In this document: piece by piece, positions 17,548 through 23,383 of the stretch
Position numbering within the stretch: position 1 is the first letter of the stretch
Layout of the letters: every line of letters begins with the position of its first letter
From: Fidelibacterota bacterium
GTDB lineage: Bacteria; Fidelibacterota; UBA2242
Direction: 5' to 3'
Length of the DNA stretch: 23,383 nt
Assembly (NCBI GenBank): GCA_049975265.1
Contig: JBNGDF010000031.1
Span: 1-23,383 of the forward strand
Notes under the pieces: generated by a model
Told to the model about the DNA's origin: nothing
What the model saw: the letters and a program-made list of their open reading frames with translations, nothing else
The model's database searches: none
Made by a program: the position numbers and the translations under genes

Positions 17548-18447
17548 ATGCCGCGCATTATAACTATTTTCCTCACACTGCTCTTCAGCAGCTCCATCGG
17601 TTGCAGTCAGAATGACAGTCCCTCCCCGAAAATTTACGAAATGTCAAACGTCGAAATTCACCGGCTGCTGACCGATGTCAGCCGGATAAATATGACCATC
17701 ACCGAGCGCATGAACTATTATTCGGAGATGTTCCTGGGAATGCCCTACAATCTGACCTGTACGGGCGACGGTCCCTACGCCCTGTACGAAACCAGACCGC
17801 TGGTCAACTTCGACCAGACGAACTGTATGGTCTTCTGTGAGCATGTCCTGGCACTCTCCATCTCTGACAGCTGGGACAATTTCTTCAATAATCTGCAGCA
17901 TATTCGCTACCAGGACGGCATTATCGGTATGCGCACCCGCAACCACTATACCATGGCTGACTGGCTGCCGGAAAACCGCTGGCTGCTGGATGACGTGTCC
18001 CGCAAAGTGGGACGGCAATTTACCCAAACCGTAACCCGTACTATTTCGCATGCGAAATTTTTTAAAAACAAAGGCATCAGCGATCTGCGTTATGTCAAAC
18101 CGGACCGCGAAATTACCATTGACTACATTCCAAAGGACCACCTGCTGAAGATTCAGAAGAATCTGAGAGCCGGCGATATTCTGGCGCTCATTTTCGCCGA
18201 CAAAGACGATATTTTCTCCGCTCACATGCTGATGATCGCCGAAAAGAACCGGCAACTGCTCGTCCGGGAATCCTCCAACAGCCGGATGACGACCTTTGAT
18301 ACACCCTACGAACAGTGGGCCCGGAGCATTCAGACAAAAGAGCGCTACATCGGCGTCTGTTTTATGCGCGTCCGGGAGGAGCTGAACCAGCCGGGAAATA
18401 TCATCCTGCCCTGGAATATCGGACAACTGAAAAAGCGGCTAAAATAA
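17548..18447 (+). CDS. DUF1460 family (NlpC/P60-fold, AmiA-like) N-acetylmuramoyl-L-alanine amidase, probable lipoprotein
   Basis: FLGMPY, candidate catalytic Cys in TNCMVFCEHVLALS, IRYQDG...RNHY..DW, GDI...SAHM. Lipobox-like SIGC. AGGAG SD precedes ATG 17548. Confidence 0.82.
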   Translation: MPRIITIFLTLLFSSSIGCSQNDSPSPKIYEMSNVEIHRLLTDVSRINMTITERMNYYSEMFLGMPYNLTCTGDGPYALYETRPLVNFDQTNCMVFCEHVLALSISDSWDNFFNNLQHIRYQDGIIGMRTRNHYTMADWLPENRWLLDDVSRKVGRQFTQTVTRTISHAKFFKNKGISDLRYVKPDREITIDYIPKDHLLKIQKNLRAGDILALIFADKDDIFSAHMLMIAEKNRQLLVRESSNSRMTTFDTPYEQWARSIQTKERYIGVCFMRVREELNQPGNIILPWNIGQLKKRLK

Positions 18448-18468
18448 ATCGATTCGCCTGCCGACCCT

Positions 18469-20895
18469 TTAAAATTTATACCCGGCGTTAAAATACAGCA
18501 CGGTCTGCTTATCACCTGTCTGGTAGGCGCTCTTTTCACCACGACTCAGAATGATTTCAAACAGCCCCAGAGCCGTCAGATATTTCAGCCCGACACCGTA
18601 GCCCGGTATATATTGACCCTGCCTTCCCGGCAGAAAAATATCATTTCGATAATGGATCATAATATTTCCAATCAGGGAAAGGTATAAATTCCGACGCAGC
18701 TCATAGCGGTAATCGAGCCGGAGCGCCGACAGACCGGTCGCCAGAAGCTGATTGTACTCCACACCGATACAGTCTGCCGGTCCGCCCTGGACCAGAAACT
18801 TATTGGTCAGGCTGTCCATATCCACCCAGCCATAATAGCCGTACAGATGAAAGGTATGTTTCCGAAAACAGGTTTTATAATAATCCAGGGATACATCCAT
18901 GCGCACATAATCGCTGTAGGTGTCCGGATCCTGCAGGCTTCTCCCATAGTGCGCGTGCAGCAGCAGACCCTTGCGCGGCACAAAGGTATCGTCCAGGCGG
19001 TCCACGTTGGTGGAGAGCCGCATTTTCCAGAATTCGTCCCTCCAGGTGGGAAACTGAACCGGATCCTGGACGGCAACGACAGGGCGAAAATGTGCCCATT
19101 CGTAGTTCCAGGCGGCTTCCACATTCCAATAATTTTTGTACAGCAATCCCAGACCGAATCCTGCCTGCACATAGCGGTTTTTGTAGGTCGCCGATTTGTT
19201 TCCCCAGACATCATAAATAAACAGATCAATATCTTCATAATCCAGGTTCACAAACGGGTAGAGCGGGTAGTCCAATGTCCGTGAAGGATAGTAAGCCAGC
19301 GTACTGAGTTTTTCCCGACCGATGAATTGAATTTCGTTTTCGATCCGTATCCCGGGAACCGGTTTGTTCATGACCAGAAAATTCAGCGCCGCAATCAACT
19401 GGTAATAATTGTCATAGCGCAGACCGAGCCGGATTTTTACCTCGGGGCTCTCCTTTACGAACAGATTAAAACGGATGCTGTTTTCGCCCACCGACTCAAT
19501 TTCATAGTAAATCTTTTCAAAATACCCCAGGCTGTACAGATAGGTTATCCTGTCCTCGATCTGGGAATGAATGAAAATCTCCCCCGGTTTTATCCCCAGC
19601 AGCCGATAGATAAAATCAAACGGCAGCGTTTCGTTGCCGTTAATAGTGACCCCATAAATAATTGGACGCTTCTTTTCTTCCAATAATATTTTTAAAACCA
19701 CCTCGTGACTGTCAACCGTCTCAGTCAGATAGCGGACATAGTAAAAATCTCCCGTGGCACGGAGTTTCTCCAGATAGGTCGCCACCGTATCGGGATGAAA
19801 CCGGTCACCCTTCCGAAGGCGGACAATTTCACGCAATGCAACCTCGGGAATTATCCGGTTGCCGATAAACTGAATCTCGCCGATTTGGACCGCTGAGTCG
19901 GGCGGCTGCGACTGCCGGTAGAACCGGTTGCTGCGTAGCTGATACCGGTCCCGCAGGGCGATGATTTCCGGCTCCGCCGCCTTTGCTGCCTGTTCTCCCG
20001 CTGCAATGATCCGGACAATCTTTCGGTTGTCAAAATCGGCAGCCCCCAGACCAATCAATTTCGTATCGATCAGGACATCCGCATCCTCCATATTTCTCTT
20101 CATGGTCTTGTCCCGGAGAATATTAAACGACTGTGTCAGAACATCAATGGTACTGCGAATTTCCTGAACCTCTTTGTTGGGATTACCGACGATGGACGCA
20201 ATTACCACCCCCGCCCCCATCCCCCGGGCGACATCCACCGGCAGATTGTTCAGCAAGCCACCGTCAACCAGCAGCGAATCGCCCCATTCCACCGGACTGA
20301 AAATACTCGGTACAGCCATGGTCGCTCGCATGGCTTTCGCCAGCGAACCCTCTCCCAAGACAACCTCATTACCGGTGATCAGATCCACCGCCACACAGCG
20401 AAACGGTATTTGCAGACTGTCAAAATCATTCACGTCTGCATAATCAAAAACCAGGCGCGACAGAAGCAGCATGATATTCTGCCCCACGATGACGCCACCG
20501 GGACCGAGGGGTAAAAAATCCTTGATCCCCAGCTCAAACTGATACTTTTCTGCATCCTGCTTCTGAAAATAGGGCAACATCTCCCGCGGAGCCCGATCGG
20601 TGAAGGTTCGCTGCCAGTCGACACTATTTGCAATCTGCTCGATCTCCCGTCCGGTGTAGCCGATTGCATAGAGCGCCCCGGCGATGCCACCCATGCTCGT
20701 CCCGGCAATATAATCCACCGGAATCTGCAAAGAGTCCAGCATTTTCAACACCCCAATATGGGCAAATCCCATGGCACCACCACCCGACAGCACCAACCCG
20801 ATTTTGGGACGTTCCGCCGCAATTGCCCTGTTAAAAAACAGTAAACAGGCAACCATCAAAGCGGTTTTACTGAATTTTCTGAATCTTGTCATCAT
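18469..20895 (-). CDS. Patatin-like phospholipase fused to POTRA domains and an Omp85/BamA-type barrel (PlpD-like, type Vd)
   Basis: Signal peptide, GGGAMG oxyanion motif, GTSMG nucleophile, DGG, two POTRA-like repeats and a beta-barrel ending YFNAGYKF. Start uncertain (20901, 20895 or 20892). Confidence 0.9.
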   Translation of the reverse strand: MMTRFRKFSKTALMVACLLFFNRAIAAERPKIGLVLSGGGAMGFAHIGVLKMLDSLQIPVDYIAGTSMGGIAGALYAIGYTGREIEQIANSVDWQRTFTDRAPREMLPYFQKQDAEKYQFELGIKDFLPLGPGGVIVGQNIMLLLSRLVFDYADVNDFDSLQIPFRCVAVDLITGNEVVLGEGSLAKAMRATMAVPSIFSPVEWGDSLLVDGGLLNNLPVDVARGMGAGVVIASIVGNPNKEVQEIRSTIDVLTQSFNILRDKTMKRNMEDADVLIDTKLIGLGAADFDNRKIVRIIAAGEQAAKAAEPEIIALRDRYQLRSNRFYRQSQPPDSAVQIGEIQFIGNRIIPEVALREIVRLRKGDRFHPDTVATYLEKLRATGDFYYVRYLTETVDSHEVVLKILLEEKKRPIIYGVTINGNETLPFDFIYRLLGIKPGEIFIHSQIEDRITYLYSLGYFEKIYYEIESVGENSIRFNLFVKESPEVKIRLGLRYDNYYQLIAALNFLVMNKPVPGIRIENEIQFIGREKLSTLAYYPSRTLDYPLYPFVNLDYEDIDLFIYDVWGNKSATYKNRYVQAGFGLGLLYKNYWNVEAAWNYEWAHFRPVVAVQDPVQFPTWRDEFWKMRLSTNVDRLDDTFVPRKGLLLHAHYGRSLQDPDTYSDYVRMDVSLDYYKTCFRKHTFHLYGYYGWVDMDSLTNKFLVQGGPADCIGVEYNQLLATGLSALRLDYRYELRRNLYLSLIGNIMIHYRNDIFLPGRQGQYIPGYGVGLKYLTALGLFEIILSRGEKSAYQTGDKQTVLYFNAGYKF

Positions 20896-23383
20896 TCTCA
20901 AAATAATTCAACACCGCCTGCATGACGGAATCACGGTCGCTGTCACTCAGAATCGTCTCAAAAGGAAATCCGAAAGCGACCACCCGGTGTTTCCCGCGAT
21001 ATCCCACTGCGGCGCTCTTGTTATTTTCCCTGTAACGGAGAATTGTCACCGCCGCTGAGTCCGCCGGCTCCAGTGCATCCGGCGCTTCGGCGGCGTAGAT
21101 CAGCGGACCGAGTTCGGTATTAAATTGAAAGGATTTTCCAAAATCCATAAATGTGGAATCCACTGACCAGACGCCACCGGTTTTGGCAGCATAATTGGTT
21201 CGCCAGCGGTACTTCAGGCTGTTTTCCACAAATCTGATCGATAGAGAATCATCCTCCGCATAAACAAACGGGTCGGTGGCAATATAGGCACCCGAGACAA
21301 ACAGATTGCCGCCGGACTGACAATAGTCCGCCAGCTGCTGCCGCAGCGCCGCCGGAAACACCTCAAACTCTCTCGGCAAATAGTCTTTCGGACCGTCTGT
21401 GAGTCGCTCCTCTCCCATGATCAGATCGACCACCTTATAGGCTTTCAGGTCAATGTCTCCGTCCATTACCGCCTCATCACTGGCGGACACGAACCCGTAG
21501 CCGGCAGCCCGTATCGCTTTGCCATGGGTGATGGCAAAGTCATGCGTATTGCCTGCAACAATCTTGCATTCATAATCGGCATGACTGGCGCCATGTCCCG
21601 GCGAATCATCATCCAGCCAGTGAGACTCATCCAGAAAATCGTACTGGGCTCCAATATACCCCAGTTCATACCGGTCCGGAACCCCCTGATCCCAAAAATT
21701 GGCAAAACCCAGGTATTTTTCCGTCTCCAGAACCGCCGGCGGTGCCACCCGGTCAAAGCCGTTCACAATGAGAACCGGTTCTTTGAGACTGTCACCGTAG
21801 CAGACCGAGAGAATTTCCGACGGAAAACTCTCCCCGCCCCGGTTCACCGCCGTAACTTTATAGCTGTAAATGACATCGGGTTTAACGTTCAAAATAATCA
21901 CCGACGTACTATTCACCAGTTTCCCGTTATCAAAACCACTCTCACCGATTCTGGTGTAGACAATGTATTTTTCCGGATTGGCGGTCGGTTCCAGTGGGTC
22001 ATATGTCGGACGCCAGCTCAGGCGAACACTGTTATTGCCCACCAGCACTGCCTGAAAATGATCCACCGGCAGCGGCTGAACCGCATAATCGGTCTGGTAC
22101 TGCGCGGCTATGAATCTTAAAAGGGCTTTGTATATCGAGCGGCTGACGTCAAAACGAAAACGCGGATCGTGACCAAACTTCATATCCAGAAAATTCTGGT
22201 GAGAAAGCAGCTCCAGCAAAGCCGCCGGTACGTTCGGGCGCCAGGCTTCCGAATAGCCGCGATCCCAGAGCGCCCGCCGATTCCAGAGCGGGTCATATTT
22301 GGCACGAATATCCGCCACAATCTGGGTCTGTAAAATGTCTGCCAGATCCCGGCAGGCGAGACGCGACTGTCCGTCGGGAAACTGATAACTGGTATCGGCA
22401 CCGTCGGTATTATAGATTGACAGAGTACCGACGACAATGTTGTTGCGGGTCTTCCCGGCGTCGGTATGAAACGCCAGAGAGAGATCGATGGGAATTCCCA
22501 GACCCGGTACCGCCGGATTCTTGGTCGGGCCAAAAGGGGCGCCTTTCAGATAATTCACCCACTCGCCTCGGCACTGGTAATCGTCATTGTAATCGATGGA
22601 GTCGCCGTTCAGATTATAGACCAGCGTATCCGGCATTCCGGCATATTGCAGATAGTAACGTGCCGCTTCGGCATAACGGGGTCGCCGGCTGATCTGACCG
22701 TTGCGGGCGATATTGCCCATCCCGCCGCCAAAACGCACTGCATCCGCCGTAATTACCCTGCCGGGATTTCGGCTCTTGTTGGAAACAACTACTTTTCCCA
22801 CCCGGGCATTTACCCCGGCGTTGAAGTGAAAAGTCCCCAGATAAATCCAGGTCCCGCCGCCGATCTGCTGATTGACCAGAAATTCGGTTTTACCACCGGT
22901 ATGAAAAACAGTGTAACGGACCCCATCGGCGCTGTTTTGCAGCGTCCGATAGGCAATCGTCACGGCGTATTCACCACCTTCCGGAATGTCCGGAATGTAC
23001 TCAAAGCGGACCGTCTCCACCGTATCCGCCGGACAGGAGCGATACGTGCCCATTCGAAAGGGATTCTGCCCCGATTCGTAAGGCGGCATACCCATGGCAA
23101 AGCCGCTGGAGTCGGGACCGGATAATATCATTATACTGCTGTCAGTCAAGACCTCGTAATATCCCGCATCGTCGGAATCATTATCCACAATGACTTCGTG
23201 GGTCTGCAGGTCCCGCTCCCGGGGAACGAAGACATTCGCCCCGGCATTTTCCAGCATGGGAATCAGGTAGGGCACCGTGAAAGACATGGGAAAGAGATCC
23301 TCCACAGTCTGAAAGACCCGCGCCCGCTGCCATTCCCAGCGGTTGAGCCGGTTTTCATAATACCAGCCATGACTGTGCCAGAG
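20867..23383 (-). CDS. Large Amidase_3-like / golvesin-like / fibronectin type III protein (family often annotated 'xanthan lyase'), 5'-truncated
   Basis: The frame is open to the window end (LWHSHGWYYENRLNRWEWQRARVFQTVEDL). It contains LAFHTDA and LLELLSH amidase-like motifs, a VNQQIGGGTWIYLGTF...ADAVRF golvesin-like domain and an FN3 domain (LSWRP...YSYKVTAVNRGGES). Confidence 0.8.
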   Translation of the reverse strand, partial: LWHSHGWYYENRLNRWEWQRARVFQTVEDLFPMSFTVPYLIPMLENAGANVFVPRERDLQTHEVIVDNDSDDAGYYEVLTDSSIMILSGPDSSGFAMGMPPYESGQNPFRMGTYRSCPADTVETVRFEYIPDIPEGGEYAVTIAYRTLQNSADGVRYTVFHTGGKTEFLVNQQIGGGTWIYLGTFHFNAGVNARVGKVVVSNKSRNPGRVITADAVRFGGGMGNIARNGQISRRPRYAEAARYYLQYAGMPDTLVYNLNGDSIDYNDDYQCRGEWVNYLKGAPFGPTKNPAVPGLGIPIDLSLAFHTDAGKTRNNIVVGTLSIYNTDGADTSYQFPDGQSRLACRDLADILQTQIVADIRAKYDPLWNRRALWDRGYSEAWRPNVPAALLELLSHQNFLDMKFGHDPRFRFDVSRSIYKALLRFIAAQYQTDYAVQPLPVDHFQAVLVGNNSVRLSWRPTYDPLEPTANPEKYIVYTRIGESGFDNGKLVNSTSVIILNVKPDVIYSYKVTAVNRGGESFPSEILSVCYGDSLKEPVLIVNGFDRVAPPAVLETEKYLGFANFWDQGVPDRYELGYIGAQYDFLDESHWLDDDSPGHGASHADYECKIVAGNTHDFAITHGKAIRAAGYGFVSASDEAVMDGDIDLKAYKVVDLIMGEERLTDGPKDYLPREFEVFPAALRQQLADYCQSGGNLFVSGAYIATDPFVYAEDDSLSIRFVENSLKYRWRTNYAAKTGGVWSVDSTFMDFGKSFQFNTELGPLIYAAEAPDALEPADSAAVTILRYRENNKSAAVGYRGKHRVVAFGFPFETILSDSDRDSVMQAVLNYFENDDKIQKIQ

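Noticed and set aside
17644..18426. 260-aa minus-strand ORF, and similar 150-220 aa ORFs at 2492-3055, 4199-4840, 13202-13729, 21524-22120 and 22466-23125
   Set aside because: All lie antisense to well-supported genes and lack motifs or translation signals.

Overview
Bacterial chromosomal window made mostly of housekeeping and cell-envelope genes, with no integrase, transposase, prophage, CRISPR array or rRNA. The gene mix (DGGGP-synthase-like UbiA, PlpD-like patatin-Omp85, DUF1460 lipoprotein, Bacteroidota-type amidase/FN3 protein) suggests a diderm FCB-group organism such as Marinimicrobia; this is inference only. From left to right: (i) a thiol-redox cluster on + (two-CxxC protein disulfide oxidoreductase cut by the window edge, ECF sigma, Cys-rich anti-sigma, DUF1858, OsmC); (ii) a long minus-strand run rpmE-DUF1385-prfA-prmC-UbiA/DGGGPS-dnaE-dtd-radC-TPR protein; (iii) tRNA-Thr(CGT), a small membrane ORF and rlmN; (iv) secreted beta-rich protein-spmA-spmB; (v) a stand-alone 2-oxoacid dehydrogenase E2 catalytic domain, a DUF1460 amidase lipoprotein, a patatin-2xPOTRA-Omp85 protein and a large amidase/golvesin/FN3 protein cut by the window edge. 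The points most worth checking are an anti-sigma that appears to lack two canonical zinc ligands, an archaeal-type lipid prenyltransferase coupled between prmC and dnaE, a possible SpmAB-centred peptidoglycan-turnover neighbourhood, and a recurring TAAATT -10 promoter architecture with probable leaderless transcripts.
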